NCBI RefSeq assembly: GCF_009914755.1
Contig: NC_060942.1
Strand: one strand, 5' to 3'
DNA length: 64,000 nucleotides
From: the human T2T-CHM13v2.0 reference genome, Homo sapiens
Shown: positions 27,827 to 41,795 of the stretch, piece after piece
How the letters are laid out: each line of letters opens with the position of its first letter
Position numbering within the stretch: position 1 is the stretch's first letter
Notes under the pieces: model-generated
Told to the model about the DNA's origin: nothing
The model's input: only the letters and a program-made list of their open reading frames with translations
The model's database searches: none
Program-made: the position numbers and the translations under genes

Positions 27827-29389
27827 CTGCCCGCCTCATCACCCCAGCCCAAGAGGACAGAACACTGCTGCCCGCCTCATCACCCCAGCCCAAGAGGACA
27901 GAACACTGCTGCCCGCCTCATCACCCCAGCCCAAGAGGACAGAACACTGCTGCCCGCCTCATCACCCCAGCCCAAGAGGACAGAACACTGCTGCCCGCCT
28001 CATCACCCCAGCCCAAGAGGACAGAACACTGCTGCCCGCCTCATCACCCCAGCCCAAGAGGACAGAACACTGCTGCCCGCCTCATCACCCCAGCCCAAGA
28101 GGACAGAACACTGCTGCCCGCCTCATCACCCCAGCCCAAGAGGACAGAACACTGCTGCCCGCCTCATCACCCCAGCCCAAGAGGACAGAACACTGCTGCC
28201 CGCCTCATCACCCCAGCCCAAGAGGACAGAACACTGCTGCCCGCCTCATCACCCCAGCCCAAGAGGACAGAACACTGCTGCCCGCCTCATCACCCCAGCC
28301 CAAGAGGACAGAACACTGCTGCCCGCCTCATCACCCCAGCCCAAGAGGACAGAACACTGCTGCCCGCCTCATCACCCCAGCCCAAGAGGACAGAACACTG
28401 GTGCCCGCCTCATCACCCCAGCCCAAGGGGACAGAACACTGCTGCCCGCCTCATCACCCCAGCCCAAGGGGACAGAACACTGCTGCCCGCCTCATCACCC
28501 CAGCCCAAGGGGACAGAACACTGCTGCCCGCCTCATCACCCCAGCCCAAGGGGACAGAACACTGCTGCCCGCCTCATCACCCCAGCCCAAGGGGACAGAA
28601 CACTGCTGCCCGCCTCATCACCCCAGCCCAAGAGGACAGAACACTGCTGCCCGCCTCATCACCCCAGCCCAAGAGGACAGAACACTGCTGCCCGCCTCAT
28701 CACCCCAGCCCAAGAGGACAGAACACTGCTGCCCGCCTCATCACCCCAGCCCAAGAGGACAGAACACTGCTGCCCGCCTCATCACCCCAGCCCAAGAGGA
28801 CAGAACACTGCTGCCCGCCTCATCACCCCAGCCCAAGAGGACAGAACACTGCTGCCCGCCTCATCACCCCAGCCCAAGAGGACAGAACACTGCTGCCCGC
28901 CTCATCACCCCAGCCCAAGAGGACAGAACACTGCTGCCCGCCTCATCACCCCAGCCCAAGGGGACAGAACACTGCTGCCCGCCTCATCACCCCAGCCCAA
29001 GGGGACAGAACACTGCTGCCCGCCTCATCACCCCAGCCCAAGGGGACAGAACACTGCTGCCCGCCTCATCACCCCAGCCCAAGGGGACAGAACACTGCTG
29101 CCCGCCTCATCACCCCAGCCCAAGGGGACAGAACACTGCTGCCCGCCTCATCACCCCAGCCCAAGGGGACAGAACACTGCTGCCCGCCTCATCACCCCAG
29201 CCCAAGGGGACAGAACACTGCTGCCCGCCTCATCACCCCAGCCCAAGGGGACAGAACACTGCTGCCCGCCTCATCACCCCAGCCCAAGGGGACAGAACAC
29301 TGCTGCCCGCCTCATCACCCCAGCCCAAGATGACAGAACACTGCTGCCCCCCCTCATCACCCCAGCCCAAGGGGACAGAACACTGCTGC
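27827..29389. repeat. 41-bp GC-rich minisatellite (VNTR), 38 copies
   Basis: Unit CTGCTGCCCGCCTCATCACCCCAGCCCAAG(A/G)GGACAGAACA; period 41 nt (27841 vs 27882); near-perfect copies. Confidence 0.98.
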
Positions 29390-31845
29390 TCCTGGGGCTG
29401 TAGTGGGTCTACAAGTTCCCTCCTCCTACGGCCCCTTGTCTTAGCGGACTTGGGAGGCTCAGAGGCTCCAGCCCTGTCTTATTGGTGTTTGCAGGTCCAG
29501 AAATCTTGGCACATGACAGTTGCCTGGTAAACTGCCTTGAATTCATTGAGTGGAACACAATATGGTGTGCTGTGGCACCTGATGGCCAGCCTGGAGGAAG
29601 GGGTACTTTTTTCTCATTGTCATGGAGGTCCCATTGGCTCTTCAAGCATCTCTCCCAAGCATCTAGGAGAGGTGCTTATGTCTCATTCTCACAAAGGCTC
29701 TTTGTGGACCAGCACAGGAGGCCTGCCTAGGGCTTGGATGAAAAATGAGCATAGAGAGAAGAGGTTAAGGGAAGCAAGCTCAAGAGTGGGCTCAGAGAAA
29801 AGAATCTGGGGGAGTCAATGAGATGGCAGGCAAGGAACGGTCTCCATTTGATGCTGATGTTTGTGCAGAATGACTACTTTATACCGTACAGAAGGAGCAC
29901 ACTCTCTTCTTGTGGTAGGTCCCAGAAACTTCTACTTGGGGGTACATGAGGCCCAGCTGGGATTGGGCACAGAAGGTCATGGCTCTGCACCTGACCCTCA
30001 CCTTAGGGGTCAGGAGAGAGCCAAGGACACGAGTGATGGGTTAGGGAGGACTCAGGCACCATGGAGTACTGTGGCCATCCTTCCATAGAGGAGAGGTACA
30101 GGTGGCAAGGCAGGCACCAGGCAGCCGCCGACAGGGTCAGGAACCAAGGCAGGTCCAGGAAACAGAGGCCAAAACAGCAGCAGGAACCTCAGGCTTAGCA
30201 GACCACTGACTCTTCTGGAAGTCTTTTAGACGCTCTGTGGTGGGGCAGGGACAAGTCCTTGGTGTTTGGCCATGGTGAAGTGTGCAGTTAGGGTAGGTGA
30301 GTCGTGCTTTCTTAACACGGGGGTAAGGAAGGAGGGTAGAGTTTCAGCAGCTCCTGTTTCTTGAGCACTTGCTATGTGCCAGATGTGGTTTGAACTGTTT
30401 ACATGGGAGCTCGTTGGGTCCTCCCAGCAAAGTCCTATGTAGCAGGCACTGTTGTTCTTTTTGCAGATAAAGAAACTGAGGCAAGAAAGGTTTAGTAAGT
30501 TGTAGAGCTAGGTATTGAACCAGGGCCTAACCTCTTAATAGAAGTTAGTTAGAGGCTGTTACTTGAGTGCTCACAGGTTGGCTGGCAATGTGTTTGGAAC
30601 CCAATGTAATGTCATTAGATTCTGCCTAAATCTTGTGAAGAGGGGATTTCCATTTGATAGGTAAGAAAATTGAGAAGTTATCATTAGCCCGAGATCAAAC
30701 AAGGGTATAGGGAGTGGTGGGACCTATTAAGTTCAGATTTATGTGACTTCTGATGCTATGCTCAGTGATAGATCTCTTCTTGAGGATAAAAGTTTGAGAA
30801 TTAGGGTTCCTCGAAAACCCTGAGATTTCTTTTTTTGAGGGGTACCTTTTTGTGTTAGCAGATTTAAAGAGCTGGCCATTGTATTTGATGGTAGCTGAGT
30901 AAGCCTTTTGAATTGGAGTATCATCAACTATTACTAGATTTAGAATAGGTATATTTTGCTAAGTAAGATCTTAAAGTTTTTCCTTTAAACTTAGGATAGC
31001 TGTTCAAATTTCAAACTCTTCTTTTTTCAGTAAGCTGAAGACATTTAACCTTTTGTCATAGGCTTAAAGCAGTCATTAAACAGGGTCATTTCAATGCAAC
31101 TTTTTAAACCTAACTCCCCTCCCTTTTTCTCTTTAATTATGATCAGTGGCTTCATTTGAGCTTACCTAGGATGCATTTGAGACTATAAAGCTGCTTTCTT
31201 AAAACTTAGCAATGTTGGCTGAGACAAACCAACTGTAGAATCTCATGCTTTCATAAAGAAGGTTGCAAGACATTCATTCACAGTTGCTCCTTTATTGTGT
31301 GTGATGAGCCATTGGCATCAAACCTGCTTGGGTTGCTATCAGTTTTTCTTTTGAGAGCTGGTGACTTGCAATTTAAAACACACATGGGCTCAAGGGTATT
31401 GGAGGGACATGGCAGAAAGTCCTTCTGCTGCCTAGTGATTGAGAGTGATGGGGTCCTAACTCTGTGTGAGGATAGCTCTTTGACACAGCTCACCTCAGTC
31501 CCCTTTACCTAGGTTTAAGTTGTTAGCATTTTGCTGTATTTGCTCCATCTCTTTTTTTCCCTGAAGTATTCAGAAGTGAATTACAGACATCATGACGTTT
31601 AGTTCCTAAATACTTCAGCCCAAACCTCTAAAAAACAAGAACATATTTCTATATAACTGTAGTACTGTTCTCACAAAATTAAGACTAATTGCCTAATGGA
31701 CTCTATTACCTGATCCATTATCTGAACTTCCCCAGCTGACCTTAAAATGCCTTTTACAGCTGGACTGTTTAAACCAGGATTCAATTGAGAATTCTGTATT
31801 GCATTTAATCGGTGGGTCTATTAAGACTCTCTTAACCTAGAATAG

Positions 31846-32406
31846 TGATAAAAGCTTTTTACTCTTGGTCTCTTTGCAAACTGGGGACCCCCAGCCAGCA
31901 ACACCCCACCTGGGTCTCACTCTACCATGCTGGGGTGCCCTAGCTCACCTGTGTTATAGCTTGTACCTGTGTTCAGTGGTTTCCGAGTTCTTGCATGGCA
32001 CCCAAGAAGAATGAGGATATGCTGGACATTGAGGGTGAGGAGGGCAGAGTAGAATTTTACTGAGCAATGGAATAGCTCTCGGTGGAGAGGGGCTGCAGTC
32101 AGGTGCTTCTCTCCTTCCCGTGTGGCTGGGCCCAGGGCTTTTTATGGGCTCAGAATAGGGGAGGGGCAGGCTGCAGGTAGTATTGGAAAAGGCAACATTT
32201 GATTCATTAAAAGGCATTGTTCAGAAAGAATCAATCAGGAAAGGGTGGGCAGACAGGAATAGAAGTTCTCGCTCTGGTTCGTGGGTTTCATCCGGGACCA
32301 GCAGTCCAGTCTTTCAGCCTTCAGGCTGTTTTTGGCTCGAAGGTGGGGTTTCACCGGGGACCCGCCCCTATCTGCCCAGGCGTTTGGCTGCTTCCTATCA
32401 CTATCA
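31846..32406 (-). mobile_element. Solo ERV1-class LTR (family not pinned down)
   Basis: TG...CA termini (TGATA...TATCA) with 4-bp TSD ATAG (31842-31845, 32407-32410); TATA-like and AGTAAA polyA-like signals on the minus strand; flanked by old L1-like sequence. Confidence 0.8.
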
Positions 32407-34091
32407 ATAGTCCCTCCCCTTCAATGACTTGTAGGAAGGTTGTTTCGCTTACCACATTCCATCGTGTCCTGGTGGCATCATCAATGAATGAACATGTTCT
32501 TTTCCCCATGTTTCTTGTACGTACTGTGTATTAGAAGTTGGACTAAAGGCTTGATCAAATTTGAGGCAGGAATGGGTGAGGCTACGTGCGGCTGGAGGGA
32601 CACAATGACTGGTTCTGTCATAATCAGTGATTGAAATTGATCCCTGGGTAAATGTGGGGGCAGTCTCATCCCTCCACTATCAAAAATTAACATTTTTTTT
32701 CCCCAGGTGACCAGCAAGTAACGAGGGGAGGGGCTGTTTTGGTACTGTATACCTGCAAATTTTAAATATTGATTTACTTTACTTCCAAAGGATTGGAAAT
32801 TTTGTTTTTTTCTTTCTTTGCCCTTCTTTGAAAACATTGTACAAAGTAAATCTCCTTATTTTACTAATGGAGAAGCTTCTGAAAGAGGCTGAACATACAT
32901 TGAAGTACCTTTGCTCAGCTGTAAGCCCTTCTGGATCAGAGGTCAGACCAAAGTTTGCAGACAGTTGGTCCCTGTGGACCAGACTGAATCCACACATGAG
33001 TTTATTTGGCCTGTGGAGCACTGAAACAAAAAAAGTGCAAATCCTGAGCCAACGTTTGGGAGATCCCATATTATAATACAAATCGAGATTTCCAGGTTTC
33101 TGGAAGGTCTTGGCAATCTAGCCACACTGGGCCTGCATCTGTGCAAGGCTGCATGGCTAGAGGTGTGTGCTGGGCACACCCATTAGGTGGGACTGCGCCT
33201 TTCTGGCCACTAGGGACCGTACACCTCCTGTTGTTTTCATGGGGCTGGTTTCCCTTGCTGACACGTGGCCATGAGGTCCCTCGAGGTACAGGCCGGCATT
33301 TGGACTTGTCCTCTGCACTGTTTCTTTGTTAGCATTTAGAACTGACTTCTCCTCTTCCTCCCCCATTGAGGAGCAGCACCTTACTCTGTGCAGAGTCTGT
33401 CTGTGATCTGCAGGCTCTTTGCAGAGCTACATTTCTCTCTGGAGGCCTTGCTGAGCAGCCTCCGCTGTCTAGGGCATTGCTGAGAATCACAACATCAACA
33501 CTAATGGCCCTTGGGCCAAAAAGTGTTTGTCTTAAAATCCCTGCACCAAATAGCTTGTGCAATTACTCCTGTGAGAGCCCCAGAGGATCTAACTCTTAGG
33601 CTGTTTGTTCTAGCTGTATTCCTTCCCACCCCCCAAACCGAAATGACATTAAAGGATAGTAACTCCCTCCCGCAAATATAGATAAAAACCTCTTTACTCC
33701 CTAACAACCACACAACTATTTACATTTTTGTGTTTACCTCCTAGTCTTTAAGTATATGAATGCATGCAACGTCCTTTAAAAATATGTCAATCCTAGCCTC
33801 CACACCACCCAGCCGACCAGGTTTCCCAGAGGGAAGCATTGGAAATGGCAGATGGGTAAATGCACAGAGCTGGCAAATCTCCATCCTGCGGGAGGCTTGC
33901 TGTGCAATATAGCCATCGCCACAATAATGGATCTTCCTAATGATCCGGAATCACTGAGCAAAGACTGTGCCATGTTCAGTATACACTAAGTGAGCATGCA
34001 GGGAATATATGATCAGTTTACAAACATTTCCACATAAGCTTTTTTCTCTCTCCCACTCCAGTTTTGGTAAATAAAAGAGCAAACTAGACTG

Positions 34092-34252
34092 CTTTCTTTC
34101 TCTCTCTCACTCTCCCCCTGTCTCCCTCCCTCTTCCTCTCTGTCCCTGTCCCTCTCTCCTGCCTCCCTCATTCACTCTGTCGTCCTCTCTCTCTCCTCCT
34201 CCTCCTTCCTTCCTTGCTTCATTTCCCCCCTCATCTCTTTCTTCCTCACCCT
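34092..34252. repeat. CT-rich low-complexity tract (probably degenerate Alu tail)
   Basis: Almost pure pyrimidine run adjoining the minus-strand Alu at 34253. Confidence 0.8.
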
Positions 34253-34543
34253 TTTTAAAAAGAGACAGGAGTCTTGCTCTGTTGCACAGGTTAGAGTGCA
34301 GGGGTGCAATCATAGCTCACTGTAACCTCAAACTCCTGAGCTCAAGCAGTCCTCCTGCCTCAGCCTCCCCAGTAGCTGGGAGTACAGGCACACTACCATG
34401 CCCAGCTAATTTTTAAAAATTTTTATAGAGGTGTTGTCTTGCTGTGTTGCCCAGGTGGGTCTCAAACTCCTGACCTCAAGTGACCCTCCCGCCTTGGCCT
34501 CTCAAAGTGCTGGAATTACAGGTGCAAACCACTGTGTCCAGCC
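34253..34543 (-). mobile_element. Alu (AluJ-like)
   Basis: caatcatagctcactgtaacctcaaactcctgagctcaagc. Confidence 0.92.
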
Positions 34544-35852
34544 AGACAGGTCACTTCTCTGTACCATTCCCTGATGTTGTGAGATTAGTGAGAGTCCCTA
34601 CTGTGGAACCTTGTTCACGTTGCCCTGACTCCTGATGCATGGATATTTGCTGTTACCAAAGACACCTCTGCTTTACCAAATGTTTTGACAGAGTGGAAGG
34701 AAAACTACAAGACTTCTTGCCCTCGTTTTCTTCAGTCTAGAATGATGCTGGGGTCACTGAGTCTGTAGGGCAGAGAATCTGATGTGTTTTTTAGGAAGCG
34801 GAAGGTGTCTGACACATAGATGTTTGACAAATTTTGTTAATCTGGTCAGAGTGCAGCCTAGAAAATTAAATTAAAAAGCTGCTGAGGAGTGCTGGGGTCG
34901 CATTTTGACATAGATACAAAGGCACCAATAGGGCCAAAAGTATGAGGCCAGTCCTAGGGCTGGTGAAGTTTGGATCCCCTGCCTGACATTGTGTCCTGAG
35001 CCCCTGGCCCCTTCCTGCACCTCTCCCTGAGCCGCCGGCCCCTCCTCATTCCTTCCTCTCCTTTATCTTCCGCTGTCTTTGCCTGTGCCCCCACGCCCGT
35101 GCCCTGAATCTGGAGTCTTTGTCTTAGTGCATTCTGTTTGTCTCACTGTCTTCCTCTGTTTTCCTTTTCTTGCGGGGAGGAAGGGTAGAAAGAGTGTAAG
35201 AAGCTCAAGTATGAGGAAGGGAAGGTTGCCAACTTGAGATGAGTCAGAAATGAAAGCAGTTCTGAATGTGTAAGACAATGAGGAAAATATTTATTTAACA
35301 AAAATTGAACTACCAACCAAGCCTTCAGGAACACAGCCAGAAGGTGCTGTGTAGGGAGAGGTGTGCATTAGGATGCTGGAGCGTGGCTGCCGGCGTCCCC
35401 ACCCCAGGAGGAAGGGACTCGTTTCTCTGAACCTTGTTAATGGTTCTCCCCATTGTAGACAGGACTGGCTCTCCACCCCATCCTCAGTGGGTGCAGCTTT
35501 GGGGAGGCCGTGAGGCTGGTGATCTTGGGGCCTCCTATGCATCTGTGTTATTGAAGGTAACAATGTCCCTTCTACCCAAAAGTCATGCTTTTAAAAACGC
35601 ACAATCTTGAATCCATTTGGGAAACATCTTTGGAACTCCAGAATGTTGTCTTTCTCAGATATGTATTGCCAATGTTGTATTACTTCATTTGCTAAGAAAC
35701 ATTGTCATCGACTTTATAAAATTATTGAATAATTCTATTTGGGGGAGAAGCCTGGAAGCTAAGATTTTAAAGGTTATTTATAAGTTAAGTGAACTGGCAA
35801 ATTCTTAAATGGTAAATAAAACCTTTCCTACATGCTATAGGTAGTTATCTAA

Positions 35853-36030
35853 ATCAGGGCCTAACAAGCTTTTTTATTTATTTTCCTGTAAAAAGCCAGA
35901 TACTAAGTAGTTGAGGCTTTGCAGGACTGATGGTCTCTGACATAGCACTAAAGCAGCCTTGGGCAATACATAAACAAAGGGGCATGTGTGTGAGCTGATG
36001 GTCCACGGGCTGCAGTCTGCCAACCTCTGA
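35853..36030. mobile_element. MER58-like DNA transposon relic
   Basis: ctgtaaaaagccagata.taa.ta.tt.aggctttgcagg...caatacataaacaaa.gggcatg...gggctgcagt.tgccaacctctg. Confidence 0.65.
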
Positions 36031-37383
36031 TGTTATAAGCCATTGATTTTCTACAACATATATATTTAGAACTGGGAGTGTCAGTGTTATTTTGTCATGG
36101 TTTCCAGATTAAACTCTTTCATATTGCTGCTGGTCGGTCAATGACAGACTAATTCTGCTAGCATTGACTTTCTGGGCCAGGGAATGGGGTTCCTAGATAG
36201 TGCAGTAGCTTTTTATTTATTTTCTTTTCCATTCAAGGGTAACATGCTTAAAATACAGCGTATGAAGCTTTTGGATATCCACTGTAAATTTTAAGGTCTA
36301 AAAATGAATGCAATTGTGAAATGTTTTTGCCTTAGAGAAAACGCTCTCACTGCTTTGTGTTATAAATGCATGAAAAATAATGATGAATTAAATGCATACA
36401 AACAGATGCAGACATAATTTAGATGAGTGTATTGCAATTAAAATATTGCCCACTTTCGCTACGGAATATTCGTTGGACTTATGACCTTAGTGTAAGTAAT
36501 GTTTAATAAGGAATCTGCAATGTGTAACTCCTCCGTAAATTATTAAAAGGATTGGCATTCCTACTGTATAATATCAACACAAGGGATAGAAAATATGCCT
36601 GGATTCTTAATGAATGTGTGCTAACGTTCCTTCTGGCATAGGAATGTGTAGTAAATACACTTCAAGGGTTGTTCGCATTTTTATCCGTCATTGTTATAGG
36701 CATGTTATTGTGTGTCTCCTATTGAAGAACTGATTGATCATTGTTTTAAGCTTCTGTGACTTTTAGATGCTTAAAACTAGGCGTTCATGGTAGGAAAGTA
36801 GAGAAACATGTGGAAGAAATACTGCGTTTCAAGTTTGGGAGTGGCTGGTAGAAAAATCAAACTAGGCTAGTCTTACAGCTTTATCGCAGTTTTGTTTTTT
36901 TTCCTAGTAGGAAAATGATAGTATTGGTTGTATATTAAAACACTCTCTCTGACACTGACTTGAATCACGTGCGAGTTCATTGAGAACAGGGATTTTAACT
37001 TGGTTAGGTGATTTTAAACATTATTTAGCAAATCTGGAAAACAAAAGAGAAATTTTCAAATATCTTTCTTCCACGGTGGTGTACTGGCTCTCTGGAGTGT
37101 GATTTCATCTTCTCTTATTATTGCATATGTAGTCAAGCCATCATGTTCTTGAAGTGAGACTTCAACCACTAGTGGGGCCGTATAATTCAGGATCTTTTGT
37201 TTGTCCTTACATAGTTTCTTGGCCTGGAATGTCAAAATATCAGAAACTGTTCTTTCTCTGGAATCATCTGTCTCCGTGATGGCCTCGCCATCTGTACAGT
37301 CATCCAAGCTAGGGACCAAAGAGTCGTCCTTTACTCTCTCATCCTTCCGGCTGCTGTGTCTGGCTTTCAGTGTTTGTGTAGAG

Positions 37384-37903
37384 CAGGGGTCTCCAACTCC
37401 TGTGGCGTGTTAGGAAGTGGGCCGCACAGCAGGAGGTGAGCCATGGGTAGGCGGGCAAAACTTCCTCTATTTACAGCTGCTCCCCATCATTCGCATTGCT
37501 GCCTGAGCTCCGCTGCCTCTCGGATCAGCCACCAGCATTAGATTCTCATAGGACCATGAACCCTATTGTGGAACTTTGCATGTGAGGGATCTAGGTTGCA
37601 CACTCCTTATGAGAATCTAACGCCTGATGATCCGTCACTGTCCCCCATCACCCCTAGATGGGACCATCTAGTTGCAGGAAAACAAGCTCGGGGCTCCTAC
37701 TGATTCTATATTATGAAGAGTTGTATAATTATTTCATCATCTATTACAATGTAATAATAATAGAAATAAAGTGCACCATAAATGTAATGCCCTTGAATCA
37801 TCTCCAAACCATCCACCCCACTCCTCCAACCCCCAAACCAGCCTGGAGAAAAATTGTCTTCCACAAAACCAGTCCCTGGTGCCAAAAAAGTTGGGGACCG
37901 TTG
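37384..37903. mobile_element. MER1A-like hAT/Charlie element, full length
   Basis: CAGGGGTCTCCAAC...GTTGGGGACCGTTG termini, 520 bp, perfect 8-bp TSD GTGTAGAG (37376-37383, 37904-37911). Confidence 0.9.
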
Positions 37904-38837
37904 GTGTAGAGGACTCCTCAAGCAGCGTCCATATCTGCCCTATTCTCTCTATTCCTCCACCTAGGTATAGAATTCTATCTCTAAGACACAGACAGACCAT
38001 GTTCCTGCCTGGGCAAACACTTCGGTGACTGTGCATTGCCCTGGGTGAACGGGGGCACAGAGGTCTTTGTGACGCCCTGCAACGCATCCCTCTCCGAGCC
38101 GCGGTGCGCTCTTCCTCCTCTGTGCCTTGCCGGTGCCCAGAACCACCCCCTTCTCCCTCTTTGCACAAGTGCCTTGCTCTCTCCTTTCTCAGGCCAGTGC
38201 TGCTGATCTGTCTGTGTGACCCGGGTGCACAGTCCTTGGCTCTGTGCCTGGCCCTGTGCAGGTCTCTGTGGTGGCACTTAGCACATGGCGCTAAGATTCT
38301 CCCTGATAGGCCTTCAGCGCCGCAAGGGCCAGCACCGAGTCCTGCACATCCTGCTCTAGTCCCACATCGGCCCAGGGGCGTTGAGCTGAGGACAGCTCCC
38401 TACCCCCTTTCTGTGCTTGGCCGACTCCAGCGCCCGTTCTTCTGCCCCTCCTTGGCTCTGCCTCCCCACCCCTTGGCTGAATCTCTCCTCCTTTCGTGCT
38501 TGTTCTCCAGGTGACTTATTCAGGTCCATATTTTCATTACCCTTGCATTTCATTAATTTTCTCATTTATTTTATTCTGTAGGTTTAGGACATTCTTTAAA
38601 ACATGCAGGTTCTGAATTTTAATAATATAAAAGTCCTCTGTGAGTGCCCATCACATTGCTTTTCTGTCCTCCCTACATTAAAGTTAGCACTGATGCCTTT
38701 ATGTTTAAGGAAAGCCTCCTGCAGAGGGGCTCTGCCCATGTAAGTTCATTAGAAGGCAGGTGTACAGCCTCTGTCACCTGAAGACCTCTTAACTGTCTAT
38801 TCCTTCTCTGGTCTATCGAGGTGTATTGGGGGGGTTA

Positions 38838-38856
38838 CAGCACCCTCTGGTGGCCA
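38838..38856 (-). promoter_or_regulatory. Candidate CTCF site
   Basis: Reverse complement TGGCCACCAGAGGGTGCTG is close to the CTCF consensus TGGCCACCAGGGGGCGCTA (16/19 identical). Confidence 0.6.
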
Positions 38857-39362
38857 TATTGTCAGGTGCATTTTTGTTCTAGCCAAATAAAATGATAACA
38901 CAAATCGAATAGTCGATTGGAGTTCTTTTTCAGAGGACATCGTTAATTCACATTTTGTGTGTTTCAGCAGGTATTTAAGCCATTCTCGAATAGTGACACT
39001 TATGCAGAGGAGAGAATGATTTTATTTAAGTAATTTCTACTTTTTACATAGCTAGTTTTAAAGTAGATAATACATAGTCTTAAACTTTATTTCCCCTTTA
39101 TTTCTTTCTTTTCTGTTAGAGAATTTCTTAAACTTGTAGAATTATCCAAATAAAATGCCAGTCACTAAAAAGGAATAATTAACCAATAGTGGGAAAAAAT
39201 TAAATTCTTCAAATGAAGAGTACTGTATTCATTTCATATGGTCCCAGAGATAAAATGTTTAGGATTCATTTTTAGTTTTAAATGTTTATGAATCAGAGCT
39301 TCAACACTCTTCCAGGTTTCTTTAAGAAAGGAATTTGTCTATCTACGGATTAATTAATTAGC

Positions 39363-39604
39363 AGAGCCTCTCTGTGTCACCAAGACTGGAGTGCAGTGGT
39401 GCGGCTGTAGCTCACTACAGCCTTGAACTCTTGGGCTCAGGCAACCTTCCCACGTTAGACTCCCAAATAGCTAGACCATGGTGCATGCAACCATGCCCAG
39501 CTAATTTTTTTTTTCAATTTTTCTGTAGATACAGGGATCTCGCTATATTGCCCAGGCTGGTCTTGAACTCCTGAAGGCCTCAAGCGATCCTCCTGTCGTG
39601 GCCT
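39363..39604 (-). mobile_element. Alu (AluJ-like, degraded)
   Basis: ctggagtgcagtggtgc..ctgtagctcactacagccttgaactc...ctcaagcgatcctcc. Confidence 0.85.
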
Positions 39605-40417
39605 AAGAAAGGAATTCCTCATATAGAAAAATATTGTTATATAAATAGTTGCCTATATCCATGCTGTTTATGGTAACAGCTAAGGTTCATCTCAAAAGTA
39701 TTTGTATTTGGCTTTGGAATAAAAAGAAATTTCCCCTTTCATAGGGTTCTGAGATTGTAGGAGTTTTTAGTATTTCAAAAAGTTAATGGAACAATCTGTG
39801 ATGTGAAAGAGACTCAGAAGAGGCTAGAGAGGTCTTTAACACATTTTTTTTTTGTATTGTTATCCCTTCCCTATAGCTAACTTTGTAGATGACATTGTTT
39901 TTCAGACTGATGATTGTGACCCTCAACCATGGCAGCAACAATTTTTAATTTAAATTTTTTAAAATGCAAGGTTGGGTGATTTTCTCTCTGGATGCTTGAG
40001 TTTTGTTTTTGATAAAAATTCTACCAGGGGCAGGGGAAAGAGTCCATTAAGTCTTGGTGCAAGAAACCTGGGCAGATTGCCTAAGTGGATATGCATAGCA
40101 AAGAACTGAAAACAGAGTAGGGGGTGCTGAAAACACCCACAGAGGAAAATGCGGGGCGGGGGGTGAATGCATCTGCTCATTTTGTAATAAAGTCCTTCCT
40201 TTCCTTTAACATCTCTTAATGTTACAAATACCAACAAAAACCATGCATGTCTTCAGTGGGACAGAAAATGAGGGAGGCATTTAGGGAGAAAAAAGTGTCA
40301 GTTGAGATGATGTTAAAATAAAGTTTATTTTCTTTGCAGTTGCAGACATTAAGATTTATTCTCTGGGCTGTTAGGACAGTTCCTGCAGCTCTCTGTGGTG
40401 ACCTGAGCATTGATACC

Positions 40418-41279
<862 letters not shown>

Positions 41280-41795
41280 CAGGAGTAGACGGTTACCTGT
41301 ACCCTGCCAGCTGTCCTTGCTACAAACATTTGCCCAGAGAGTGGCATTTGTGCCGGTTCTTAAAGTGTTTCTTGAGCTGCACATTAATAGGCCATGTCCT
41401 CTTTCAACCTGCCCTCTGGCTAGGTAGAACAAACACTCTTCACCTGGGCTCTGAGCCAGCTGCTCACCTGCAGCACCCCCCTCCTTGGAGATAGCTTTTC
41501 ATGTTGCATCTTACCGAGTTGATTGAGTATTCACTTCGAAGCTCCATGCTGCACGCATGGGCCTGTAAATAGCTTTTTCGTGCACTTGTGGGTGTCATTT
41601 CAGATCGCTTCATCGGATTTCAGTTACCCAAGTTTTTACTTGGTTCACCGTAAGTTTGCAAAAAAGACTTTTTGTTATCCTGAACATTGCAGGTGGAAAC
41701 ATGATTAATTTTGAATTATTTTTGTTTAACTTCTACCCTCTTTCCTATTTACAGCCTATTTTGTTTATTTTAACTTCCGCTGTTAAGACTTCTAA

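Noticed and set aside
27827-29389. CRISPR-like appearance of the repeat array
   Set aside because: Units are head-to-tail with no unique spacers, there are no cas genes, and the context is a primate intron.
27827-29389. PRDM9 hotspot motif CCNCCNTNNCCNC in the VNTR unit
   Set aside because: CCGCCTCATCACC resembles it but fails at fixed positions; only the looser minisatellite-core similarity is kept.
27715-29530. Three long overlapping ORFs (562, 575, 310 aa) with a 41-aa Pro/His/Cys-rich repeat
   Set aside because: Artefact of a stop-free 41-nt unit that cycles through all three frames. Starts are TTG/GTG, not ATG; no splice or promoter support.
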